From positions 6,352,690 through 6,416,689 of the forward strand of contig OZ199839.1 in NCBI GenBank assembly GCA_964304625.1: a stretch of DNA of 64,000 nt, read 5' to 3'. Shown in pieces: positions 14,101-26,712 of this stretch (within the stretch, counting starts at the first letter, position 1; each line of letters begins with the position of its first letter). The translations under genes were made by a program, and so were the position numbers. A model generated the notes under the pieces. It was not told the DNA's origin, made no database searches, and was given only the letters and a program-made list of their open reading frames with translations. The DNA comes from Kudoa neothunni. Lineage: Eukaryota; Animalia; Cnidaria.

Positions 14101-17100
14101 GGTTTCTCACGTATTGTTATTGTTGTTGTGTTATTGTTGTTTTCAGCTTATATTTTTGTCAATAGGAAGATCATATTTTTATTAATGCGGAAGGTTTTTT
14201 ATGCAAAACTTGTTCTAAGCATTTTGATGATTCTGAGGAACAATTTCTAACCAGTCATTACCAAAATTTTCTCAACAGATGTTTACCAGTGTGTTTGAAC
14301 TCAATATAAACCATTTTGTATCCTCTATTTTAGTATATCGACTTCCTGCTGTCACTTGTATTTGCCTCACCTAACAAGTACAAACATCTCACTCTGTTTT
14401 TATGCAAAATATCTCCACTCTATCAACATTTTCACAGTAATTTTCTATTTTGAAAAACCCTTCAATTTACTATTTACACCCTACCATTAGAATCGTCGTT
14501 ATCCTTTGTAGTTTCAGTGTTGTCCACACATTATTTGGTGTTATCAAAATGCCCAGAGACAGCAAAATTAGTGACATTTCATTTACTCGGTAATTTTTGA
14601 TATTCCGCTTTCCAAATTAAAAATAATATGTAATATTATTTTTTATTTCTTACAATTTTACCTAAAAAAAACTTGGGGTCGATGTATACCTCATTTTTAT
14701 TTAGGTGTTTTTGATTTAATTTTTTTCTCTTTTTTAAATTACGAATACTCTATTTCATTTTTATAAAGATCTCTATAATATAGAAGATTACATGAAGTCA
14801 AAATCAAATCACCCTAACTATTTGTGTTTAAAAAATGACCTTATAACAGAATGTACATTAATATTAGCGGTTGTTTTAAATGTCTACCATACGACCTCTT
14901 AATTATTTTATTATATATGTATTATTGGTTAAATAATATAGCGTGTCAATAAGATTTTATCACTTAATATATCCTTTGATATATATATGTATGTATATAT
15001 ATATATATATATATATGAATTTATTTCGTTGAAATATCATATTTTGATTCCATATTAACATCTCATTAGACTTTATGTATAATATAATAGAATTTGTCGA
15101 ACTTTAATGTATAAAGCGAATTTGTGTTGTTAAAATAATTTGAAGGCGCGCTCTTTTTTTATTTATCATTACAATCTCAGTGACTTTTCTCCTTAAGAAT
15201 AATACTTTCCTAATTGAAATAATTTTAATTTATTGTAGTTTATTTTTATAGAATATTATCCAATATATTTACACCAAAAATTTATTAAATCAATAAATTT
15301 TAAGTATATTTAAATTTAAAAAGTATTATTTATTAATTTTTATATAATCCATTCTACTCAAAAACTCACACGTATCGATATTAAATCCTCATTTTAGATT
15401 TCATAGCCCCCAAAAAGCTGATACCAGAGTAAATGATTATTCATGATTGATTATTCATGATTGATTTTTCAATAATGGATACTATTGAAAATAACTTTTT
15501 AAAAATTTAGTGGTACATTATTTGAAAAGTATTTTTTGAATTATTTGAACGATACACCGATTGGGTTGTTTAAAAATGCGATCCGCCAACTGATTCAAAA
15601 CATCACTCGAGCTTTATATTCAAACCCGGAAAGTATTCCTCATTTGAATGATAAATGCATTTTGTTGGATGATGACACCGCTAAAAATGATTATCGTCTT
15701 CACTCAGTTTACTTGAGTGTGTTGCAAATTGTTTCTGTAAGTCATTTCAACGCAGATAATTTTCCAATCTATTTCTACGAATACATTCTATGTGCATGGT
15801 AATTTTTATAGACTTGAATACAGTGTAGCATATTTTATTTTTTGTTAGCGAATGCAACCATATTGCAAGCTCCAATGACTTAATTCAGACGTTGTATTCT
15901 GCGGGGTTGCTTGTTTCGTGCTTACCAGTATAAAAAATTATTAGTTAATGTCATTATTAACTATGAATATTATTAAGACTTGTTACCATCGACCGTTTGT
16001 CCTAACTAGTTCCCATGTTATTCACAAAGCCCTTACTGATTTCATAGAGGATAAGTGTAATTGGATTTTTTTGAATAAACACACTTTTGAGGCCACACAC
16101 AACCAAGACATAATCAAATACAAGTCAGATTATGTGTTTCTAAGTTCGGATCGAGCGTGCAATTCCGTTAACGACAAACCTCCCTCAAATACCCCCGAAA
16201 CAACTCTCACAAATATTATGATAGTTTTTCATTCATTCTATCAAAATGCACAATCCACTCAGATATTTTCTCTCATAAAGTGGCTACGATTGTGATAAAT
16301 AATTTGTTATAAATTGTATAGATATTTTGGGGCATATTTCAATTGTTTATTGGACACAGACGTAGCCATGTGTTACGTTTTGTGTTTGATTTCTCCAATG
16401 ATCGTGCGCATCAATTCCAGCGACAAATTTCTTATGGCGGTAATTTAGATTTTAAAATTTTAGGCGCACATGCGCATTATCTGTATTCATGATTTTTTAA
16501 CTGCATTTGTTAGTATGTCGAGATGTGGTGTGGAATGTTTGAAGCGTTTTTTCGGCAATTCACCGTAAAAGAAGTGGACTTTGTCATACACTATGAGTTG
16601 TATCATAATTTTCTGTAATTTTGCGCATATGCGTATTTTTTTAATCTCTCAAAAACAGACTCCGTTTGCGAGAGACATCACAACAACTATCCACCAAAAA
16701 CTCATTCCTTGATGCAAACCAAGTGAAAACAAGATTGGATCAAATTATAAACAAAATTGGAGAAGAAAAAAATCGATTTTCAAATTCAACTTTCAGTGTA
16801 GTTTTTTTGTAAATAAATTGTTGTTTCAATTGTACAGTTTGCATAGTATTGTTCTTGTGATGTACATAAATGTTGCAAAAGCTTTAGTGCTTTCGGGTTT
16901 AATTTCTTTTGGCAAATTCCTATATGAATGAGTTAATTAATAAAATAATAAATGTTGCGAAAAAGTCCGAACAACCAATCTCGCTTCTATCTACTACCTA
17001 TTTTCAATGAACATCATGGTAATAGCTTTGGTGAAAATAATCAAAATTTTTTCAGCTTCCCCCACCGACAATTCGAGCTTTTTAAACGGCACAATGATCT

Positions 17101-17549
17101 AATTTTGGATTAAGATTAGAGCCGAGCAAACTCGATAATTAATCGAATAATCTGATAATCTAATAATCTAGCTAGTAACTACAATCTTGGCGATATTTTT
17201 GAACAATTTCTTTAAACTCTTCGGTGATCTCTCACATAAATCCACCACACACTGATGCATTATCTGTACACATCATGTAGTAATTCGAAATAGATGTCAA
17301 CGAGGATATTTGAATTTACACGAAAATTAGCTTTAAATGTTGGCGTGATCATAGCCGCATATTCACTCTCATCACTCATAACATTAAAAATATAACTATA
17401 CAAAAAAGTACACACATGAGTTTATAACAAAAATTCAACTTATGAATTAATACTTGCGATATTCGTTACAAAAATCCAGCGATTTTATCACTGATATCAC
17501 CTCTTTAAGTGGTTTCCCAAACAACTCATATGTTTCTTGTAGGTTATAA
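8111..17549 (+). CDS. Large multi-exon alpha-helical protein, possibly GEMIN4-like (gene fairly secure, identity tentative, 3' end approximate)
   Basis: Same-strand ORF pieces link through phase-consistent short introns (e.g. 16615-16658: ...YHNFL|LRLRETSQ...). The spliced N-terminus ELTEEW...FCWGKRVAETAIFADKLSPYPV...ENLLSEMIP...CFELF resembles my recollection of the GEMIN4 N-terminus ([21 protein letters not shown]...NMIP...LFELL). Confidence 0.45.
9642..9775. repeat. Degenerate ~30-bp tandem repeat, about 5 units, inside a long intron
   Basis: Units: aagaatgggtacgattttcctctttt / aaaaggggtgtcgttttttctcttct / gaaagggatacgagtttctttttctc / gaaaaagtcacaatttgctccctc / aagaaagtacgagtccc. Confidence 0.5.
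14980..15016. repeat. (TA)n microsatellite; others: (TG)n ~11190-11206, (GTT)n ~20057-20080, (GCAC)n ~28555-28574, (TA)n ~45726-45746
   Basis: Directly visible simple repeats. Confidence 0.9.
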
Positions 17550-17769
17550 AAATCTGATACTTTTGATGAGGATCGAGTTTCTAATGGATTAAAAATTATT
17601 TGATTTTTAGTCATGGACAATTGTTGTGGTTATAATAGCGCATAAATTTAGTTCTTAAAATATTGTTGAGTATAGGTTGTATATAATAATTGTTACTATG
17701 TATAAATTGCAAATTATCTATTAATTGTATTAATCGCACGCAGGCTGAAATAACGAATTAATTTATGCG

Positions 17770-18705
17770 CTACCACAGCCATATCGAACCGCCTATTGTT
17801 TCAATACTTCTAGGAGTGACCCCGTTGGAGTCAATATTCCGCCAAACCAACAAAAATATTATCTCAATACAATCAAGATAAACACGAATATCATTGGCCC
17901 ATGGCAACAGTTTCGAAGGTATATCCACTTTGTGGATTATTACAAATACAGAACACGCATATATCCTACAGTCGAATACAAAATTATAATAACAATAACA
18001 ATAATCCCTATCGGCTCCAGCCATATTCTTAATACATTGCCAACGACTCATCAAACTTCATATGGGTGGTTATAGTTTTTACATAGCTACCACAAAATCG
18101 ATCTCTATCTTTGCACAATTTGACCATCAGCTTCAAATTTTCTATCTATACAAAAATTTAGAAATCTATTTAATTTCAAAATAAACATCACATGACGTTT
18201 ACATATACGTGGCCTTGTGTCTAGTTTCTGGGACAATTCTTTCTTGTATTTTAAGGCCATTCTTGTCGATAGGATCTCCCCCAACAACCTCATATCAACC
18301 TTAAAATAGCTGGTTTAACAGCCGAAATTTAGATCGGTCCAATGATCTCCAAATCAACCTACTTCTTGGTCAATGTTGTACGCTCTTCTACCGACTTGAA
18401 ATAGTTCGGCATTTGTACACAAAACAAATTCACATCTGTGATAAATTTGATAGAAGATTTAATAGCAGCAAATTGCTCAACAACGTATTGATTAACGAAA
18501 TTGAGATTTTTCGCGGGTGAAAGATGATCATTATCGTGTGAAGAGGCATTAGAGTCTTTCGTCGACAGGTATTCAACCACTTCACCAACTACATAACACT
18601 CACCAAAAACACATAAAAATGGTAGAACCAACCATTTTCTCCCTCAATCCAACGTTTAAAAATTTCAAAATCAATCCAATTCGATGATATACTACATGTT
18701 AGCAT
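17770..18705 (-). CDS. FIBP: FGF1 intracellular binding protein, 5 exons, about 240 aa
   Basis: Spliced product MLTCSISSNWIDFEIFKRWIEGENVGEVVEYL...DMRLLGEILSTRM...RPRICKRH|IENLKLMVKL...THMKFDESLAM|IYACSVFVIIHKVDIPSKLL... is collinear with recalled FIBP motifs (IDEDVYRLWLDG, FVREVLGKKL, SCRRQFDNFKRVFK, LARDYAAIVF). The junctions checked keep frame. Confidence 0.75.
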
Positions 18706-18999
18706 TTAATTAGTGTTGACGATTTTTGGCGATGTTGACCGAAACATTAAATAATGGGAGAAATAGTTGTTCCAGTCTCTTGTTCAGCTAATTAATTATA
18801 ATATTCGTCAGTTTTTATTTTTCTTTCATTTTTTCCTGATCAATTTTTGTTAAACCTCGAACACCTGAGGAAAAAAATTATAAAAATACCTGGAGGTGAT
18901 CACATGCAAAAATGTATTTAAATAATAAAAATCGTAAAATAAATCAATCATGCGTTTTTGTGACGTTACGTTTATTCGCGCTAGTGTGGATTTATTGTT

Positions 19000-19333
19000 T
19001 TTTGTTCACAAGGTCAAACCCTTGGAGCAACTTGTTAGGTCTACTCCATTTACGCTTTAGCCACCTCAGTGTCATATTAAGGAGGCTCACGTTAATGCGG
19101 TAGTGTGGAATTTTAACCCACTAAATATAAACATCCTCGTCTGGAAATTCGTCTGAATGCGGGCGTCGACTCTACGCAATCCTCCTACACTTACTAGGTT
19201 GTATTTTTCCCGTTGTCTACGAAAGCCCGAATTCTACCGTTTTCATCAGCCTCCCCCCCCCCCCCCCCCCCAGCTGCAATCAAGTCCACGATAAATCGTA
19301 GATCCTTGCGACTACTGGCTACTACAACCTTCC
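19000..19333 (-). ncRNA. Candidate structured ncRNA (~250-330 nt) with an H/ACA-like 3' domain; class unassigned
   Basis: GC-enriched island with nested helices: GGAGGCU/AGCCUCC (19254-19248/19087-19081), CGGUAG/CUACCG, GAAUUCGGGC/GCCCGCAUUC, a 5' hairpin at 19318-19270 and a 3' hairpin at 19071-19007. AUAUGA (ANANNA) at 19077-19072 and ACA at 19005-19003. Several pairs are G-U on minus but A-C on plus. Confidence 0.55.
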
Positions 19334-19508
19334 TATTTTATTTTGGATGACGAGTACACGAATAAATCACGAAATAATTCAAAATATTGCGAAAATGTTG
19401 TCACGAACGAAGTTTGCTTGAACAGAAATGCACTGCCTAATGCCCAGCAACATCTCCAAATCGCGCAAGCAACAATACCTTATTTCATATCGCACATGCG
19501 CTAGGTAA

Positions 19509-20637
<1,129 letters not shown>

Positions 20638-21201
20638 ATTATATTTGATCCAAATTGAAACCAACACGATCTTACCTATATATGTATACATAAACGATGT
20701 TGTTATTTTTGAAGGATTTCATTCTTGAATGGTTTCAGCCTATTGACTGATATGATATCAATGATTATACATTATTAATTTTGCATTAAGCTCTCTTAGT
20801 TTATGAACATTAGGACGTGTGTGAAGTTAATGTGGTATTATAATGTAACGTTAAAATTTTTATCGAACCAAACTCTAACTTGTGGTATGACACTATCTCA
20901 TTTTAATGCAAACAACCCAGTTCCAAACCAGGGCTAGAACTTTTTTACAGAAATGCTAAGGAATAAAACTGTGTATACATATACAAAATCCTTTGTCTGT
21001 CAGTGTGTGTGATTGCGGCAGTAAGCATGTGAAGTGAAGAAACTTTTTTTAATACTGCTTTTTGTTCGCATTTGAATAGATGATACCACTAATAGAAATC
21101 GTTTATTTGTTTAGAAATACAAATATAATCAATATCGTTATCAGAAGTTGGGAATTTTCTGGCTGTTTACATCGATTACCAGATTAAAAGGCACCTGCAT
21201 A

Positions 21202-22585
21202 CAGTATTTCAAGACCTAAATGCAACCCCATGCAATAATGTCCAAACAAGGAAATATGTTATCTTAGGTGATGATATGAAACAAATGGCAGTTTCACTAG
21301 CCGAAGTTCATAACCTCTTTCGTATAATTTCAAATTATTTCTAGGATGGATACTCTAACAAATACATTGCCGAGAAAATGGGTGCACATAAATCAACCAT
21401 TGGGCGCATTTTGAAGACAAAATCGATGACTACTGAATTAAGTTCACCAACAAAGAAAGCGGGTGGCAGACGGTCAAAATTGACTGAAACCCATAAATTA
21501 TACATCCGCGAACTTGTGGAGGAGGATTACATTAATTTCTATTACTGAAAAATTTCCATTTTACCCCTAGGAAGAAATTCTCAGGATTGTATTGAAACGA
21601 GAAAAAGGTTTATTATCATTTTAAAAAATCGCTTAAAAATGAATAGGTACGTGATACAATATCCTGAATTGAAGCCTCGTCATTCCACTGCCATCTATAT
21701 AGATGAATCGGGCTTTTCTTTGTCAATGAGAAGAACATTTGGACGAGCACTTTCAGGGTCAAGAGCGAATCTGAAAGTGAAAAGCATTCGCTCTAAAAAT
21801 ATTACATTAATCGCGGCAATAAGCTCGGAACGGGTGTGGACATTCCACGTAGAAAATGGAACTGTCAACCAACAAGTTTTTTCTATTTTCATAGACAAAC
21901 TATTTTCCGACTTAAACTGCAATGGAGTTGATAACGCCCTATTAATAATGGACAATGTGAGATTCCACATACCATACGTTATTATTTCTTCCATCAAATT
22001 AAGTCCATTGTAAGAAACAAGGGACCATCTAATCAGGAGGAATTGATCAATGCAGTTATGACTAGCTCGGGTGGAGTTTTTTGTGACCAACTACAAAATT
22101 ATGCGAATCATGCGGAATCCTATTTCGCAGCATGTATTAATTCGGAAGAAGTTAACAATTAGATTAATTTTACGTTGTGCTAAAAACATGAAGTTTAATT
22201 TTCTGCCAATTTATATTTCATTTTTGTTTGTGCATGTCAAGAAGATTACAAATTTAAAAGTGGTAATTAAAGAAGCAGTAAAATCTTACATTGAAACAGT
22301 ATATTTTTGAGAAGCGTAAGTATTGAGAATGACACCTTGGTTAAATCGATGACAAAAATGAATAAAAATTTAATTCCTTTATGTATTTAAATAAATATGA
22401 ATAAACTCTGAGTACAACAAATTATTTGATGCAATTCGTTAATCACATAAAATTCGAAATGTTATTCACTCTATCATAACTAACCATGTAGAATATTGTT
22501 AAAAAATATCCTAATTTTATACAAATTAAATCTAAAAAAAATAAGTTGTTTATTTAAAAAGTTGCATTTAAGTCTTGAAATACTG
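21202..22585 (+). mobile_element. Decayed IS630/Tc1-family DNA transposon
   Basis: 25-bp TIRs cagtatttcaagacctaaatgcaac (21202) and gttgcatttaagtcttgaaatactg (22561-22585), 1 mismatch, both flanked by TA. Transposase remnant IYIDESGF...NITLIAAIS...LIMDNVRFH; the third catalytic motif region is disrupted. Confidence 0.9.
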
Positions 22586-24094
22586 TAATATCGATGTTTG
22601 TTTACTTCAGAGTGATACTCAATTAGAATAAACTTAAACTCACTATATAGAAGGAGTCTCTTAATTATGGTATAGAATGTTTTAAAAATGTTAAGTATGT
22701 CCTTTGGAGTAATTTTAAGACAAATAAAACTAGTAACGTCACATTTACAAAAGATGTTACATTTCCTTTAAAATTTGAAGAATAAACAAATTATTTAGGA
22801 TGTGTTATCAATTTTCAAGCGCTATGGATGATATAGTTAAGCGGAAGAGATTATGATCATTTTAAATAAAACACATAATTCGATATTAAAGTTGTTGCCA
22901 TGTTGGGATAATTTTGTAGTTTTATAAGCAATCTAAAAACGATGTACGAAGTAAGTAGAGTTTTCAAATAATTAAATTTTTGTGATAACTTCTTATATGA
23001 AAATTTCTTTTTATCAAACATATCGATTGTGATTGAAACTATACTCGTCTTTAGATAAGTTTTTATTCATTTTTTGGTTTTCCTAAACTCTCCTGAAACA
23101 CAGCTGGCATCATTAATTCGTTAAGTTTCTACATTTGATGAGATAACTTTTAAATAATGTTTAGGTTCTTAGTAACCTAATTATTCCCTACCCCAGACCT
23201 TAAGATTAATATTCAAACCAATATATAATTTTCTTCTCGCTAAAACTAATTCATTATGATATAAAAACTGCATGAAAGTATGCGACACCTCATTCTATAC
23301 GTAGTTTAAGAATTTATATGCATGATTATTTTTGCACAAAACACAATTCCCCCCCCCCCCCCTCAATCTCAATACGTGTTATGTAGGTTGTTAACAAATT
23401 ATTGGTCTATTCCATCTAACCGATATTTTCACAAAGTTTTTGGTAATCTAAGAATAGTTCAATACAAAGAAATTTTTTGTAGGGCAATCAAACACTACGT
23501 TAATTTTTAAAAGGGTGCACTCCTTCGAGGAAACCAGTTGATTTTAAATTTAATCGTATTTTGTTAATTAAATTTGTATATTTTTGAAACAGTAAGTATT
23601 TTTGTTAAAAACAAAGGTTACGTTTATTTAAAAATCGGGAAATTATGTTAAAATAGTGAATATGTACGTTACTACTCACAGTTTATTAATACCTCATTAA
23701 CATCCTTTATAAAATTTCAAAAAAAGGAGTAACAATTAATATTTTTATTTCTAACGCATCTTAGGTCGATTTTATTTTTTTTATCGTTTGTAGACTAATA
23801 ATAAATTTTATAACTGGAAAGATTAATTTTTATCGTAAGATTTTTAAAAGAATTTAAGCTCATTATATTTTTGGTCATTAATTTGTAAAATAAACGTAAA
23901 AATACTTATTACTTTCCTTCAATACCTCTATTTATATTTGAATGTAAAGTGTGCGCATAATTTTGTTTATCTAAGTCATCACATCGTAAAAATAATGACA
24001 AGCGTTAAAATGCAACAATTAAAATAGAAACATAAAATTTACAGTGTTTAAAGTGCTAATTAAATTAACTTAATCGTAGAATTTCTCCATCACA

Positions 24095-24127
24095 CGGTAC
24101 CAGGCAAAGCTGGGCATTAGCGCTACA
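24095..24127 (+). mobile_element. Possible degenerate Helitron 3' terminus
   Basis: ccaggcaaagctgggcattagcgctac resembles the CCGGGCAACGCCGGG...CTAG hairpin end of animal Helitrons and the end seen at 37938-37966. Confidence 0.3.
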
Positions 24128-24307
24128 TACATAAAAATCAACGAGACTTTTGCGCTAATTTCTGATAAAAGTAATACAGCAGCTGATAAGCGAAACGGCG
24201 TCGCGGTGAGTCCCACTGCGCATCATTATTATTGTCTGCAGATTAGATTGAATAGTAAGGTATTTATCGGTAGACATGTAAGCGAGTCTAGTCAATTAAG
24301 AATTAAG

Positions 24308-25819
24308 GGTTTAAAGTTCAGTTCCTCCTCCCCTTCGGCGGCCGCCGATTGCCTGCAATCAGTAATAATCGGTTCTCCCGCTGTTTGCATTTTCCGGATT
24401 ATGCTTCCTGCCATCTTCGCTTACGAAAATTTAGATAACCTAAACTTTGAAGATTTGTGTCACTTCAAAGGTCATCCTGAAAATTTTATTTTATTTTTTC
24501 AGCAACTTGACTTGCTACCAATATCAATGGTTTGTTCCTGTGTGGGTCAAATGAAATTTTCTCCAAGGAACAATGCTTCTGATGGCTACAGTTTCCACTG
24601 CTGTTTCAAGTCATGTAGGAAGAAATGTTCGTTACGAAATAACATGTTTTTCTACCATGCCCAACTTTCTCTGTATCAAATTTTTAAGATTTTATATCTT
24701 TGGAATGTGGGAGCAACGGAACAATCTTTCTTAATGAAAGAATGCTGTATTAATTCGTCCGCCACTATTGTGGATTGGAAAAATTTTATGCGTGATATTT
24801 TTTTGATTCACTTCATTCGTAACCCAATCAAAGTTGGTGGCCCTGTCATAGAATTCCAAGTAGACGAAAGTCTATGGATAGTTGGTGGTGTGGATGAGGA
24901 TGAGGATGAGGATGGAAGAGTTTCTATTGTGGAAACCGAAAAGAGAGACACTCCCACTATTGAAAATATTATTACCACTCACTGAGCTAAGTTATGAATA
25001 CGGTCATGAGACAGTAATTCATGATAGGGAGTTTGTCTCGTCTACAGGACAGGAGTCCACACCAATCGAATTGAGGGATTGTGGAGCGCTTTTAAGCGGG
25101 AATATCGTTCGGTGACGAATAAAAAAAAAGAAATGATCGCATCCTATATTGCCGAATGGATATTGAAAAGACTCCATCGGAAGCTTGTTCTTTCTAAACT
25201 TTTAGAAGCAATTAAACATATTTATATTTTGTAGATTTTATTTTATTGTAAAAATTTATATAATTATTTCTTTTCCAATCGTCAATGTATAAATAACCAC
25301 AGTAAATTATGACAGTGTTAAGTTTATTTTAATTAATGTTGTGTTAACATTAATTAATTTTTTAGAATGATTATGTACATATTTATAAAATAATTAAGAT
25401 TTTTGTATCAAATATCAAAATCTTCCAAAAATTAAATTAAAAGACATTATTTTACGATAACTTAGGCTTATTAGGATATAATTAAAAAAGAAATGACATA
25501 AGTGGTTTTAGTTCATAAATTTTTTCAAAAAGGACCTGTAAAATATTCGTTTATATATAATTTTAAAATTATAGATAAAAATGTACACTGACTTTATTAT
25601 TTTGTTGGGCACATAAATTGGCACCTTATTTTATATTTTAATTTTTAATATTTAAAATAATAAATATTACATTTTTTAATTGATAAATTTTGTTTGATTA
25701 CGTCTAACTAAAGTAAACTAGATTTGATTGGGTTTATACGTTATGAAACGTGACCCGATTATTACCGATAGCGGACAACCAACTGGGGGCGCGGAAAGGG
25801 GAGGAACTGAATTTTAACC
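24308..25819 (+). mobile_element. Decayed Merlin (IS1016/IS1595-like) DNA transposon
   Basis: GG...CC termini with TIRs ggtttaaagttcagttcctcc / ggaggaactgaattttaacc; 8-bp TSD gaattaag (24300-24307) / gaattaat (25820-25827). Cys zinc-ribbon, TIVDWKNFMRD, FQVDES, HETVIH...FV and (frameshifted) HTNRIEGLWSAFKR. Confidence 0.9.
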
Positions 25820-26029
25820 GAATTAATGATTGCGTCAATATCAACTCAAATTAATTCCCCTCCTGTGACATTTTGGTAAAAATGCATAATAGCGGTAACA
25901 TGTGTACTAACAAAAGTCGAAGTTTAACGAACGTAATAATAAATTTGGAGGGCGTTTTATTGAAGTTTCATGAAATATCGCAATTAATAAATTTGGGGTT
26001 TGTTTTCTGAATAAAAATACAGCGATATA

Positions 26030-26712
26030 CATGGGCTGATCAAAAAGTATTGTGACTTTTTAAATAAAAAAAATATATGTACAATTAAAAAGAATTTTTT
26101 CGGATCTCCTTCAAAATATTCTCCGTTCGCATCAGTGCATTTTTTTAACGCCATTTCCACTGAATGAAACATTCTAAAAAGTCATTTTTTCAATGTCTTA
26201 TGCTGCTCCGTGACATTCTGTTTTATTTCATCAATAAGGTGGAATCTCCTTCCTTCATGTTGGAATTTAATTTTTGGAAACAGAAAGAAGTCGTGTGGAG
26301 CAATATCTGGTGAATATGAAGGAGGACGTAGCTGGGGAACGTTCACCTTGGCTAAAAAATCTTGAATTTTTAATGATTTGTGTGAGGGGATATTATCGTG
26401 ATGCAGTATCCAACGTCCAGAGGAATGCATGTTGGTTCGTTTACAACGAATAGCATCACGTAATTCCCCAAAACTTTGATTTTACTCCGAACTTGGTGGG
26501 ATTTCTTTGGTCAGGGCGACGATAATGTTTTCTGACATTCACACGACCTAAACAACTGACTGCCATATTTAATTTTATTATTCATTTGTTAAATTTTTTT
26601 CTTAAAAATACGCGAATACATATTTATTATAACATTTCATTTTTTCAAAATTACATCTTTATCATACGGGGAAATATTTTAAAAGCCTCGATACTTTTTG
26701 ATGAAGAACTCA
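26030..26712 (-). mobile_element. Internally deleted mariner element
   Basis: WILHHDNIPSH...PPSYSPDIAPHDFFLFPKIK is the mariner C-terminal catalytic motif. Inverted ends tgatcaaaaagtattgtgactttt / aaaagcctcgatactttttgatga; the right boundary is approximate. Confidence 0.8.

Noticed and set aside
19200-19254. CUGAUGA...GAAA on minus as a hammerhead ribozyme, or UGAUGA/GUGA as a C/D box pair
   Set aside because: No stem II abutting the core and no stem III/NUH geometry; the D-box position reads GUGA, not CUGA.
19000-19333. RNase P/MRP, SRP RNA or U3 assignment of the structured RNA
   Set aside because: No convincing CR-I/CR-V (P4) pair, no SRP helix-8 motif and no U3 A/A' boxes, despite partial resemblances.
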